This document shows positions 52,592 through 62,527 of a DNA stretch of 64,000 nt, piece after piece. Positions within the stretch are counted from its first letter, which is position 1, and each line of letters starts with the position of its first letter. The notes under the pieces are model-generated. The model was not told where the DNA came from and made no database searches. It saw only the letters and a list, made by a program, of their open reading frames with translations. This DNA is from an uncultured Acidobacteriota bacterium (GTDB taxonomy: Bacteria > Acidobacteriota > Vicinamibacteria > Vicinamibacterales > UBA2999): contig CAVPVV010000003.1 in assembly GCA_963709325.1 (NCBI GenBank), positions 1,827,889 through 1,891,888 of the forward strand, in the 5' to 3' direction. The translations under genes were made by a program, and so were the position numbers.

Positions 52592-54124
52592 ATGCACACT
52601 CTCACAAGGCGCGGATTCGGTCGGGTTGTCGCTGGCAGCGCGGCCGGCGCCACGCTGGCCCGGCGAGCCGGCGCGCAGTCGCGGACGGCGGCGCCGCTGC
52701 CATCCGACGTCACGACCTTCACGCTCACCGAAGCCGCCAACGCCGTCCGCACGAAGCGGGTCAGCCCCACCGAGCTGGTGAAGGCGTGCCTCTCCCGCGT
52801 CGATGTCTATAACCCGAAGCTGAACGCCTTCATCACCGTCACTCGCGACCTCGCCCTGAAGCAGGCCGCGGCACTCGAAGCCGAGCTCGCCGCCGGCAAG
52901 ACTCGCGGACCGCTCCACGGCGTGCCGATCGCGCTCAAGGACAACATCGACACCGCGGGGGTGCGGACCACCGCCGCCAGCGCCGTCTTCGACGATCGGG
53001 TGCCAACCGAGGACGCCGAGGTTGCGCGGCGCCTCGCCGCGGCCGGCGCCATCCTCCTCGGCAAGCTGAATCTCCACGAGTTCGCCAACGGCGGCACGTC
53101 CGCCACCAGCTACTACGGCCCGGTGCGCAACCCATGGGCGCTCGATCGGAATCCGGGCGGCTCTTCTGGCGGGTCAGCCGCGGCCGTGTCCGCCGGCCTC
53201 TGTTACGCAGCGCTCGGCACCGACACCGGCGGATCGATCCGCACCCCGTCCTCGTACTGCAGCGTCGTCGGGCTGAAGCCGACCTACGGCCTGGTCTCGA
53301 TCCGCGGCATCATCCCGCTGGTCGTCTCGCTCGATCACTGCGGCCCGATTACGCGATCGGTGGCCGACGCCGCGCTCATGCTGCAGGTGCTGGCCGGCTA
53401 CGACCGGCTCGACATCGCCAGCGTGGAACACCCGGCGGAGAACTACGTCCAGGCGATGGCCGCGCCGGTCAAGACGCTGCGCGTCGGCATCGCCCGCGTG
53501 CCGTTCTTCGACCTCGTGGACGCCGACGTGGCCAAGGCCGTTGATGCCGCGATCGGCGTCATCACCAGGCTGACCGCGAACACCACCGACGTCGTGCTGC
53601 CGACGACGCGGGAGGTCAATCTCGGCGGGGAGATGTACGCCTGGCACGAGGCGCTGTTCGCGCAGATGAGCGGTCGCTACCAGATTCCCACGCGCCGCAA
53701 CCTGCAGGGCGGGGCCAACGCCAAGGCGTCGGAGTACATCCGCGGGCGCTGGGCGCTCGAACTGGTGCGCCGGACCATCGATGACAGCTTCAAGGACGTC
53801 GACGTCGTGGTGCTGCCGACCCGCCGCCACACGCCACGGACGGTGGATGCGGCCCTGGAACGCGAGGAAACCGACAAGCCGCGCAACCCTGAGCTCGAGA
53901 ACACCGGCCAGTTCAACAGCTACGGCATTCCCGCGGTCTCGGTGCCGTGCGGGTTTACCGACGCAGGGCTCCCTGTCGGCCTGATGATCGCCGGGCCACG
54001 GTTCTCCGAGGGTCGCGTGCTGGCGCTCGCGAGGGCATTCGAACAGGCCACCGACTGGCACTCGCGGCGGCCGCCGCTGGCGCCGGATACGCCGGTTCCG
54101 CCGCTCAAGCGCCTCGAGCCCTAG
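52592..54124 (+). CDS. Amidase-signature enzyme with a Tat-like signal
   Basis: MHTLTRRGFGRVVAGSAAGATLA. Also ..IALKDNIDTAG.. and ..PGGSSGGSAAAVSAGL.. (Ser-cisSer-Lys signature). The TTG at 52574 in the track is less likely than the ATG at 52592. Confidence 0.9.
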   Translation: MHTLTRRGFGRVVAGSAAGATLARRAGAQSRTAAPLPSDVTTFTLTEAANAVRTKRVSPTELVKACLSRVDVYNPKLNAFITVTRDLALKQAAALEAELAAGKTRGPLHGVPIALKDNIDTAGVRTTAASAVFDDRVPTEDAEVARRLAAAGAILLGKLNLHEFANGGTSATSYYGPVRNPWALDRNPGGSSGGSAAAVSAGLCYAALGTDTGGSIRTPSSYCSVVGLKPTYGLVSIRGIIPLVVSLDHCGPITRSVADAALMLQVLAGYDRLDIASVEHPAENYVQAMAAPVKTLRVGIARVPFFDLVDADVAKAVDAAIGVITRLTANTTDVVLPTTREVNLGGEMYAWHEALFAQMSGRYQIPTRRNLQGGANAKASEYIRGRWALELVRRTIDDSFKDVDVVVLPTRRHTPRTVDAALEREETDKPRNPELENTGQFNSYGIPAVSVPCGFTDAGLPVGLMIAGPRFSEGRVLALARAFEQATDWHSRRPPLAPDTPVPPLKRLEP

Positions 54125-54252
54125 GTCGACGAGCGGCCTCTTCGTGCGGCTCGTCAGCCCGGCGGCTCCGCTGCGCGAGCCGATACCCACGCCCCGTGCA
54201 AGTCTGCGCATGGGTGCGCCAGGGATTGAGCCGGTGACCGGCTCAGGGTCGA

Positions 54253-57021
54253 GTGACATCAGCCGATATTCGGGATGTGCCAGTCCAGCTGATCTCGCCG
54301 GCCCGCCCGCGATGGCATGGCACGCTGCTGGCCGCATTGCTGGTCTACGTGGTCACGGTCAGCGCGATCATGCTGTCGGGCGCCGGCGGCAGCAACACAC
54401 AGCACTACGTCGGGCTGCTGGCCGACGGACCGGCCTGCTTCGCGGCGGTGATCCTCGCGGGAGCGACGGCCCGTCGGCTCCGGAAGGGCGCGCTCAAGAC
54501 CGCCTGGTGGTGCGTCACCGCCGCGCTCGCGCTCTATCTGGTCGGCACGATCATCGCGACCGTGTCGTGGCTGGTCGAGCGCGACCCCTTTCCGGGCCCG
54601 GCCGACATCTTCTTCCTGGCCTTCTACCCGGCGTTCTTCGCGGCGGTCCTGTTCTTCGTCCGGGCCCGCGCGATGCGCATCCCGTGGGCCCGCCTGGCGC
54701 TCGACGTCGTCATCCTGGCCGTCGGCTTCGGCGCTTCGTTCTGGTTCCTGGTCATCCGGCCTGCCGAAGTGCAGGCAGACGTCGAGTTCCTGAAGGAGGC
54801 GCTCAGCCAGGCCTACGTCGCGCTGAACTGCGTCCTCCTGCTGGCGCTCGGGCTGCTGCTGCTGACCGGCCCCGACCGGGCCGGCGCCCGCCGCGTCCCG
54901 CTCCTGCTGCTGTTCGGCGGCGCGATCATGTTCCTGGGCGATATCGTCTGGGCGCTCGCGAAGGTTGGCGGCGGCTACCTGCCGGGCGGTCTCCAGGACG
55001 TGATGTACGTGGCGTGGTACGTGCCGCTTGGCATCGCCGCGCGCGAGCAGCTGCGGCATCCGTCACCGCCGGTCGTCTCGGAGGCCGACGCCGTGCCGTC
55101 GATGGTGCACGGGCTGCCCTACGTGCTGGTGCTGGTCGCGTTCCTCGTCCTCGTCTACGTGGCGCGCGACGAAGTCGGCGGCACGATGGCGGTCATGACG
55201 ATCGTCGCGTTCGTCCTGACGCTGCTGGTGATGGTCCGCCAGGGCACCATGCTGCGTGACGACGCACGAACCCGTGAGCGGCGGGCAACCGAACGGGTCG
55301 AGGCGCGGTACGCCTCGCTGATTGCCAACGCGTCGGACGTGATTCTCATCGTCGGTGAAGACGGCGCGGTGCGTTTCGCGTCGCCGGCCTTCGAACGAAC
55401 ATTCGGCCTCAAGCCGGATGCCGTGTCAGGCCAGAGTCTCTTCGATTTGTGGAGCGGCGACGACGGCGACATGCTGCGCGGCTTTCTCGACAGGGTTTCG
55501 GCGACACCGACCGGAGCTGTCGGTCCGATCGAGCTGCGCCTGGAGCAACACGGCCGCCGATATACGCTGGAAGCCGTCGGTAGCAACCTGACAACGGATC
55601 CGGCGGTAATGGGGCTGGCGCTGAACCTGCGCGACATCAGCGAGCGGAAGGCGCTCGAAGAGCGGCTGCGGGAGCAGGCCTATCGCGATCCGTTGACCGG
55701 TCTGGCCAATCGCAACCTGTTCCGCGATCGCGTCGGCCACGCGATCTCGCTGGCTCGCCGCGAGCGGCGCAGCGTCGCGGTGATGTTCCTGGATCTCGAC
55801 AACTTCAAGAACGTCAACGACACGCTCGGCCACGACGCCGGGGATCGGCTGCTCCAGGCTGTTGCCAACCGGCTGGTAAGCGCGATGCGCACCACCGACA
55901 CCGTCGCGCGGCTGGCGGGCGACGAGTTCGCGGTGCTGCTCGAGGGCGTGGACACGGTCGCCGACCTGGATCGACCGGCCGCGGCGCTGGTCTCGACGCT
56001 GAGCAGTCCGGTCGTACTCGGGGATGCGGAGTCGCAGATCTCGACGAGCATCGGCGTCGCGCTGTGGGCGCCGGGCACGGCCGCCGACGAGCTGCTCAGC
56101 AACGCTGACATCGCGATGTATCAGGCCAAGGCCGCCGGCAAGGGTCGCTATGTCGTGTTCGAGCCACGGATGCAGGAGGCGCTGCTGGAGCGCCTGCGGC
56201 TCGAGGCCGACATCGTTCGGGCGCTCGCCAACGACGAGTTGTTCCTCGAATACCAGCCGGTCGTCACGCTCGACACTCACCGCCTGCTCGGCGCGGAGGC
56301 GCTCCTCAGGTGGCGGCATCCAGCCCGCGACCTGCTGACGCCGAAGGACTTCATCCAGGTCGCCGAAGAGTCGGGGCACGTCATCGAGCTTGGCCGCTGG
56401 GTCCTCCAACGGGCGTGCGCCGACTGGAAGCGGTGGCGCGACGAGATGGGTGCCGGCGCGGGGATACACGTCGCCGTGAACGTGTCGGGCCGGCACCTGC
56501 AGCAGGGCGACCTGGTGAGCGACGTCGCGCACGCGCTCAAGGAGTCCGGCCTCGATCCCGGTTGCCTGGTGCTCGAACTGACCGAGAGCACCATCATGCA
56601 GAACACGGCGGTCAATCTCGAGCGGCTTCACGAACTGAAGGCTCTTGGCGTCCGCCTTGCGATTGACGACTTCGGCATCGGCTACTCGTCGCTGTCCTAT
56701 CTGCACAGGTTCCCGATCGACATCCTCAAGATCGACCGCTCGTTCGTCAGCCGGCTGGTCACCGAGGGCGACGGTCCGGAGCTGGCGCGAGCGGTTGTGA
56801 TGCTCGGGCAGACACTCGGTATCGAAACGGTTGCCGAAGGCATCGAGTCGGACAAGCAGGCGGCCGCGCTGCTGGCGCTCGGGTGCAGCGCGGGACAGGG
56901 CTTCCTCTACGCCCGACCCGGGGCCCTCGATCAGATCGCGCCACCCAATATCTTCGGCGTCTCGCGCCCGGCGCTTCGCGGCCGGCCCAGCCTCATCCCG
57001 CTGGACGCAACCGCGGGCTGA
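54253..57021 (+). CDS. Membrane sensor with PAS, GGDEF (AGDEF variant) and EAL domains
   Basis: About 9 N-terminal TM segments. PAS (..LIANASDVILIVGEDGAVRFASPAFERTFG..). ..RLAGDEFAVLLEG.. and ..GAEALLRWRHP..LELTES..DDFGIGYSSLSYL.. The start codon is uncertain. Confidence 0.9.
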   Translation: MTSADIRDVPVQLISPARPRWHGTLLAALLVYVVTVSAIMLSGAGGSNTQHYVGLLADGPACFAAVILAGATARRLRKGALKTAWWCVTAALALYLVGTIIATVSWLVERDPFPGPADIFFLAFYPAFFAAVLFFVRARAMRIPWARLALDVVILAVGFGASFWFLVIRPAEVQADVEFLKEALSQAYVALNCVLLLALGLLLLTGPDRAGARRVPLLLLFGGAIMFLGDIVWALAKVGGGYLPGGLQDVMYVAWYVPLGIAAREQLRHPSPPVVSEADAVPSMVHGLPYVLVLVAFLVLVYVARDEVGGTMAVMTIVAFVLTLLVMVRQGTMLRDDARTRERRATERVEARYASLIANASDVILIVGEDGAVRFASPAFERTFGLKPDAVSGQSLFDLWSGDDGDMLRGFLDRVSATPTGAVGPIELRLEQHGRRYTLEAVGSNLTTDPAVMGLALNLRDISERKALEERLREQAYRDPLTGLANRNLFRDRVGHAISLARRERRSVAVMFLDLDNFKNVNDTLGHDAGDRLLQAVANRLVSAMRTTDTVARLAGDEFAVLLEGVDTVADLDRPAAALVSTLSSPVVLGDAESQISTSIGVALWAPGTAADELLSNADIAMYQAKAAGKGRYVVFEPRMQEALLERLRLEADIVRALANDELFLEYQPVVTLDTHRLLGAEALLRWRHPARDLLTPKDFIQVAEESGHVIELGRWVLQRACADWKRWRDEMGAGAGIHVAVNVSGRHLQQGDLVSDVAHALKESGLDPGCLVLELTESTIMQNTAVNLERLHELKALGVRLAIDDFGIGYSSLSYLHRFPIDILKIDRSFVSRLVTEGDGPELARAVVMLGQTLGIETVAEGIESDKQAAALLALGCSAGQGFLYARPGALDQIAPPNIFGVSRPALRGRPSLIPLDATAG

Positions 57022-57041
57022 CGCCGAGCGGCGCGTAGCTG

Positions 57042-58049
57042 ATGGCTGCTCTCGCCTATCGCTGTCATTCCGAAAACGGCCGCGTCATCGCTCGCCTCGA
57101 GGCTGCGGCGTCTCCTGCTGCATCGGACCTCGAGCCCGGCGACGTCGCGGTGCGCGTCGCCTGGTCGGACATCAACTTCAAGGACGCGCTGGCGGTGACC
57201 GGCGCCGGCAAGGTCATGCGGCGCCTGCCGCTGACGGCCGGAATCGATCTCGCGGGCGTCGTGACCGCGTCGGCCGACGAACGATACCGGGCCGGTGATC
57301 CGGTGATCGTGGTTGGGTGCGGCCTAGGCGAGGAGCACGACGGCGGCTACAGCGACTTCGCCGTCGTCCGCGGCGACTGGATCGTGCCGCTGCCGCCTGA
57401 GCTCACCTTACGTGAGGCGATGGCGATTGGGACTGCGGGCTTCACCGCTGCCCTGGCGATCGACCACATGGAGCACAACGGCCAGCGCCCGGCGGCAGGG
57501 CCGGTTGTCGTCACCGGCGCCACCGGGGGTGTCGGCAGCATCGCAGTCATGCTGCTGGCACGGCGCGGATATCGGGTGGCCGCGCTCACTGGCAAGCCGC
57601 ACGCGTCCGACTACCTGCGCGGCCTGGGGGCGGCCGAGATCGTTCCCGCCGGCGACGTTCCGTCCAACCTGCGGCCGCTCGAGACCGCGCGGTGGGCGGG
57701 CGCGATCGACAACGTCGGCGGCGGGTCGCTGGCATGGTTGTGCGCGACTACGCAGCCGCTCGGCAACATTGCGAGCGTGGGGCTGGCCGGCGGTCACGCA
57801 TTGGCGACGACGGTGATGCCCTTCATCCTCCGCGGCGTGAACCTCCTCGGCGTCAACTCGACGTATTGCCCGGTCGAGCGGCGGGATCGGGCGTGGGCCC
57901 GGCTGGCCGCCGATCTCGGCGGCGGATCGCTCGAGAAGGTCGTCCAACGTACCGTGGACCTCGCGGATCTGCCCGGCGCCTTCGACGGCTACACAACGCG
58001 GCAGGTGATCGGACGGACCTTGGTGCGCGTCTCCGGCGCGCTTCGCTGA
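57042..58049 (+). CDS. YhdH/AcuI-type MDR-family NADPH-dependent oxidoreductase
   Basis: ..VRVAWSDINFKDALAVTGAGKVMRRLPLTAGIDLAG..VVVTGATGGVGSIAVMLLARRGYRV.. Confidence 0.85.
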   Translation: MAALAYRCHSENGRVIARLEAAASPAASDLEPGDVAVRVAWSDINFKDALAVTGAGKVMRRLPLTAGIDLAGVVTASADERYRAGDPVIVVGCGLGEEHDGGYSDFAVVRGDWIVPLPPELTLREAMAIGTAGFTAALAIDHMEHNGQRPAAGPVVVTGATGGVGSIAVMLLARRGYRVAALTGKPHASDYLRGLGAAEIVPAGDVPSNLRPLETARWAGAIDNVGGGSLAWLCATTQPLGNIASVGLAGGHALATTVMPFILRGVNLLGVNSTYCPVERRDRAWARLAADLGGGSLEKVVQRTVDLADLPGAFDGYTTRQVIGRTLVRVSGALR

Positions 58050-58059
58050 TTGCTCCGCA

Positions 58060-59415
58060 TCACGCGCGTGCGAAGGGCCACTCCTTCCTGTGTCGCGCCC
58101 ACGCCAGGAAGCACAGGATCCCTGCCGCCAGAGCAACCAGGCCGAACAGGATCACCGACAAATCGGTGGTCGCCAGCACGAAGACCCAGCCGGCGAAGGC
58201 GACCGCGGCGGGAACGGGGTAGAGCCACATCCGGTACGGCCGTGGCATCTCCGGGCGGGCCCGGCGCAGCAGGATCAAGCCGACGATCTGGCCGATGAAC
58301 TGCACCAGGATTCGAATCGCGATCAGCGCGTCGATGACGACTCCGAGCGAGGCGGCGCTGGCCACGATCGAGAGCACGCCGAGGCACACCAGCGACACGT
58401 GCGGGAAGCCGCCGGTCGGGTGGACGGCGCCGAATACCTTGAAGAAGTAGCCCTCACGGGCCGCCGCGAACGGAATGCGCGAGTAGCCGAGGAGGAGCGC
58501 GAACACCGACGCGAACGCCGTCCACAGAATCAGGACCGTGAACCCGCGCGCGATGGCGCTCCCGTAAATGCGCTCCATGAACACCGACACGACGAACGCC
58601 GACTGCGGATGGTCGCCGGCCGGGACGAACTCGCGCCACGAGACGACGCCGATGATCGACAGGTTGATGGCGAAGTAGATGGCGGCCACCGCAATGGTGC
58701 TGATGATGATCGAACGCGGGATGACGCGGCCGGGGTTCGCCACCTCGTCGCCGATGTAGCAGACGTTGTAGTAGCCCAGGTAGTCGTAGATACCGATTCG
58801 CGTCGCGGCCCCGAGACCGAGCAGGAAGGCGGGTGACGCGCTCACGGCTGTAGGAGGCAGGTCGAAGGCAACCGCGGAGCTGAAGTGCATGGCGCCGGTC
58901 GCGATCACCACCAGGGTCGCAGCAATGGTACCAACCCACAACGCGATAGTGATCGTCGCGATCGACGTGATACGGCGGTACAGGAGCGCGATGTTCAGCA
59001 GTCCGACGATGGCAATCACGACCATCACGCTCGCTGGCGTCAGGTCCGCCCACACGTAACGGAGATAGTTGGCGAAGCCGATGTAGCCGGAGGCGATCTC
59101 GAGCGGGCCGCTGATCAGGAACTGCCAGACGAACAGGAACGCCATCAGGCGGCCGAACGTGTCGGGGCCGAAAGCGTCGCGGAGGTAACCAAACGATCCG
59201 CCGGAGCGTGGCATCGCCGCGCCGAGCTCGCTCCACACCATGCCGTCGGCGAGCACGATCAGGAGCGCGGCGCCCCACCCGAGCAAGGCGTGCGGACCGC
59301 CCAGGGCGGTCATCAGGAGCGGGATGGTGATGAACGGCCCGACCCCGATCATGTTGATCATGTTCAGGGCCGTGGCCTGGAACAGGCCGAAGCGACGGGA
59401 CTCGGAACCAGACAT
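58060..59415 (-). CDS. APC-superfamily amino acid permease
   Basis: 451-aa polytopic ORF. ..ALNMINMIGVGPFITIPLLMTALGGPHALLGW..WSELGAAMPRSGGSFGYL.. Confidence 0.9.
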   Translation of the reverse strand: MSGSESRRFGLFQATALNMINMIGVGPFITIPLLMTALGGPHALLGWGAALLIVLADGMVWSELGAAMPRSGGSFGYLRDAFGPDTFGRLMAFLFVWQFLISGPLEIASGYIGFANYLRYVWADLTPASVMVVIAIVGLLNIALLYRRITSIATITIALWVGTIAATLVVIATGAMHFSSAVAFDLPPTAVSASPAFLLGLGAATRIGIYDYLGYYNVCYIGDEVANPGRVIPRSIIISTIAVAAIYFAINLSIIGVVSWREFVPAGDHPQSAFVVSVFMERIYGSAIARGFTVLILWTAFASVFALLLGYSRIPFAAAREGYFFKVFGAVHPTGGFPHVSLVCLGVLSIVASAASLGVVIDALIAIRILVQFIGQIVGLILLRRARPEMPRPYRMWLYPVPAAVAFAGWVFVLATTDLSVILFGLVALAAGILCFLAWARHRKEWPFARA

Positions 59416-59455
59416 CGGGCGCGTCGAGGCTACACGAAGGCGCGCCCGGCCGCGA

Positions 59456-60838
59456 TCATTCTTCCGGCAGCATCTTGCCCGGATTCATCAGATCGTCGGG
59501 ATCGAGCGCCCGCTTGATCGCCCGCATCACCGTCAACGCCTCCCCGTGCTCCGCCTTCAGATATTTCATTTTTCCGAGACCGACGCCGTGTTCGCCGGTG
59601 CAGGTGCCGCCCATCCTGAGCGCCCGCTCGACCAGCCGCTGGCTGAACGCCGACACCCGCCGCATCTCCTCCGCGTTGCCCGGATCGAGCATGAGAATCA
59701 GGTGGAAATTGCCGTCGCCGGCGTGGCCGACGAGCGGAGCGGCAATCGCCGACGCACGGGCGTCGTCCTGCGTCTCGAGAATGCACGGCGCAAGCTGCGA
59801 GATTGGGACACAGACGTCGGTCGTCATCGCGCCGGTGCCCGGCCGCGACGCAACGGTCGCGTAGTAGGCATCGTGCCGCGCCTGCCATAACCGCGCCCGA
59901 TCTTCCGGAGTGGACGCCCACTGAAATCCGAGCGCGCCGTGCTCCCGGGCGATCTCCTCGACCAGCCGCGCCTGGTCGTCCACCACCGCCTGGCTCGTCC
60001 CGTGGAACTCGAAGAACAGCGTCGGGGCCTCAGGGTAACTGGTCCTGGAGTAGCGGTTGACGAAGGCGAGCTGGGTCTCGTCGATCACTTCCATGCGCGC
60101 CACCTGAATTCCGAGCTGCACCGTCTGGATGACGGTGTTGACCGCGCCATCCATCGAGGCGAACGGACACACCGCGGCGGCGAGCGCCTCGGGACGCCCG
60201 TAGAGGCGTAGCGTGACCTCGGTGATGACGCCGAGCGTGCCTTCCGAGCCGACGAACAGGCGGGTGAGGTCGTACCCCGAGGCCGACTTCCGGGCCCGGC
60301 TTCCCGTCCGGATCACCCGCCCGTCCGCGAGGACGACCGTGAGGCCGAGGACGTTGTCGCGCATCGTGCCGTAGCGCACGGCGGTGGTCCCCGAGGCCCG
60401 GGTGGCCGCCATCCCGCCAATCGTCGCGTCGGCGCCCGGATCGATCGGGAACATGAGGCCGGTGTTTTTCAGGTGATGGTCCAGCGTTTTGCGGGTGATG
60501 CCCGCTTCGACCGTGACGTCCAGGTCTTCCGGGCTCAGCCGCAGCACGCGGGTCATTCGGGTGAGATCGATGGTTATTCCGCCGCGCACCGCGTTGACGT
60601 GACCCTCCATCGAGCTGCCCATGCCGAACGGGACGATCGGCACACGCTCCGCCGCGCAGGCGCGAACGATCGAGGCCACCTCATCGGTGGACGTCGGAAA
60701 CACCACCGCATCCGGCCTGGCTGGGGCATGCCAGGACTCAGCGTGACTATGGTGCTCTCGCACCGCTTCGGTGGTCGAAATCCGGTCGCCAAAGGCGCCG
60801 CGCAGCGTGGACAAAAGGGACTCAGTCACCTCTGGCAT
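59456..60838 (-). CDS. FAD-linked oxidase (GlcD / D-lactate dehydrogenase family)
   Basis: Frame of 59456..61726, ATG at 60836-60838. ..VVFPTSTDEVASIVRACAAERVPIVPFGMGSSMEGH..ASGYDLTRLFVGSEGTLGVITE..GTCTGEHGVGLGK.. Confidence 0.9.
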   Translation of the reverse strand: MPEVTESLLSTLRGAFGDRISTTEAVREHHSHAESWHAPARPDAVVFPTSTDEVASIVRACAAERVPIVPFGMGSSMEGHVNAVRGGITIDLTRMTRVLRLSPEDLDVTVEAGITRKTLDHHLKNTGLMFPIDPGADATIGGMAATRASGTTAVRYGTMRDNVLGLTVVLADGRVIRTGSRARKSASGYDLTRLFVGSEGTLGVITEVTLRLYGRPEALAAAVCPFASMDGAVNTVIQTVQLGIQVARMEVIDETQLAFVNRYSRTSYPEAPTLFFEFHGTSQAVVDDQARLVEEIAREHGALGFQWASTPEDRARLWQARHDAYYATVASRPGTGAMTTDVCVPISQLAPCILETQDDARASAIAAPLVGHAGDGNFHLILMLDPGNAEEMRRVSAFSQRLVERALRMGGTCTGEHGVGLGKMKYLKAEHGEALTVMRAIKRALDPDDLMNPGKMLPEE

Positions 60839-60916
60839 GGTAGCCTGTTTGTTTACCTCCAGAATGAATCCTGCTCTGCTCGATCGCGGTGGACTGCGCC
60901 CGAAGCCGTGGGGGTC

Positions 60917-62527
60917 ATGATCAGCCGCGCCATCTACCTGGCCGCGTCGCTCATCGTCCTCACGGTCGTGCTCGCTGTTTTCGCTGCTCATTTCGAAGCG
61001 GCGGGGATCGTCCGCGCGGTTGACACCCCCCCGTTCCACGCGATCGATCTGCCAGGCCCCGGGGCATCGTTCGAGGCCATGGAGGCGCACCTCCACCGGC
61101 CCTCCGGCAGCCAGTGGCTGCGCGAGATCGTGCCCAACCAGGGCGGTGCGCTGTGGATCGGCGCGATCGTGCTCGCGGTGGCCGCGATCGACACCCGCCG
61201 CTGGACGGCCCGAAATACTGATCTGGTCCTGATTCAGCTGGCTGGCTGGCTCCTCTTCGGTAGCCTCGACATCTTCTCGCAGACCGATGCTCCAGCGTTC
61301 CTCGGGTGGGTTCGTTTCGTCTTCGAGCTCGTTGGCCTCGTGACCGCGATCGTCTGGGCCCGTACGTTCGCGCTGCAGTGGCGGCCCTACTCCGGGCCGT
61401 GGATGCCGGCGATGGGAACACGGGCGCTGGCCGGCCTCGCCGCGGTGCTGGTCGCCTTGAACCTGGCCGTTATCTTCGTGGACGTGCCGGACGATTCCAG
61501 CTTCTTCGCGAACCTGGGCGGTCAGCGGATGCGGGAGCGCGCGCGGTTGCCGTATGGCGATCCGATGCTGACCGGCACACCCGGCGCGGCCTACCCGCCG
61601 CTGCTCTACGTCCTGCACGCCGGCGTGCAGTCGGCGATTGGCGCGCCGCTGCCCGCCGTCGCCGAGGAGCAGCCCGCGCTCGGGGCCCGATCCACGTATC
61701 CCGAGCCGCCGCGGGTAGCGACGCAACTGGTGATCGCGCTGTCACACCTGCTCGGCATCGGGGCCCTATGGGTGCTCGGCTATCGAACGATCGGCGAGTC
61801 GGGCGCGTGGGCGCTGGTCTCGCTGTACGCCGGATCCAGTTACCTGCTCGATGTCGCCGGCTCGTCTGCCAGCGTTGGCGGCCTCACGTTCGTCTCGCAC
61901 ATTGTCCCGGCGTCGGCCACGTTGCTCGCGTTCGCGCTGCTGAACCGTCCGGCCGTCAGCGGAGCGCTGCTCGCCGCCTCTGTAGGGCTTGGCTTCTACC
62001 CGGTGTTCTTCTACCCGATCTGGGCGGCCTGGCAGTGGCGGCGGGGCATCGGCCCGGCCGCCCGGTTTACGATCGCTTTCGGGATCGTGTGCGCAGTAAT
62101 CGGCGCGTGGGTCGTGGCGTGGTCGCAGCCGGCTCCGGGGATGAGCCTGATCGGTACGATCGTCCGCGACACCTTGGGCCACCATTCGGATCCGAAGGGA
62201 TACGGTCTCAGCGTCTACGGACTCTGGGGACAGCAGACCGGCCTGCTTGGCTGGCTGGGGCATCCGACCATCGGCACGGCGACGTGGTCGTCGCCGTTCT
62301 TCGTGCTGTTCGGGTTGACGCTGCTCGTCGGGGCCCGGCTGGCGCTCCGCGCCGACATCGCGCGGCTCGCGCTGCTGACGGCGGGCGCGGCGATTGGCGC
62401 CAACCTCTGGAAAATTCACGCGACGGCAACCTACGTCGCGTGGTACTACCCGCTTCTGCTGCTGGGACTGCTCGCGCTCTCCTCCGCATCCAGGCCCGAA
62501 GCGGCAAGGGAGTCTGCAACGGTATGA
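60917..62527 (+). CDS. Polytopic membrane protein, GT-C / DUF2029-like putative glycosyltransferase
   Basis: Frame of 60473..62527, ATG at 60917. More than 12 predicted TM segments. The family call is tentative, based on architecture and context only. Confidence 0.6.
   Translation: MISRAIYLAASLIVLTVVLAVFAAHFEAAGIVRAVDTPPFHAIDLPGPGASFEAMEAHLHRPSGSQWLREIVPNQGGALWIGAIVLAVAAIDTRRWTARNTDLVLIQLAGWLLFGSLDIFSQTDAPAFLGWVRFVFELVGLVTAIVWARTFALQWRPYSGPWMPAMGTRALAGLAAVLVALNLAVIFVDVPDDSSFFANLGGQRMRERARLPYGDPMLTGTPGAAYPPLLYVLHAGVQSAIGAPLPAVAEEQPALGARSTYPEPPRVATQLVIALSHLLGIGALWVLGYRTIGESGAWALVSLYAGSSYLLDVAGSSASVGGLTFVSHIVPASATLLAFALLNRPAVSGALLAASVGLGFYPVFFYPIWAAWQWRRGIGPAARFTIAFGIVCAVIGAWVVAWSQPAPGMSLIGTIVRDTLGHHSDPKGYGLSVYGLWGQQTGLLGWLGHPTIGTATWSSPFFVLFGLTLLVGARLALRADIARLALLTAGAAIGANLWKIHATATYVAWYYPLLLLGLLALSSASRPEAARESATV

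Noticed and set aside
54128-54155. Hairpin GACGAGC..GCTCGTC after the amidase stop as an intrinsic terminator.
   Set aside because: The stem is 7 bp, the loop is 14 nt, and there is no T-run. This is too weak to call.
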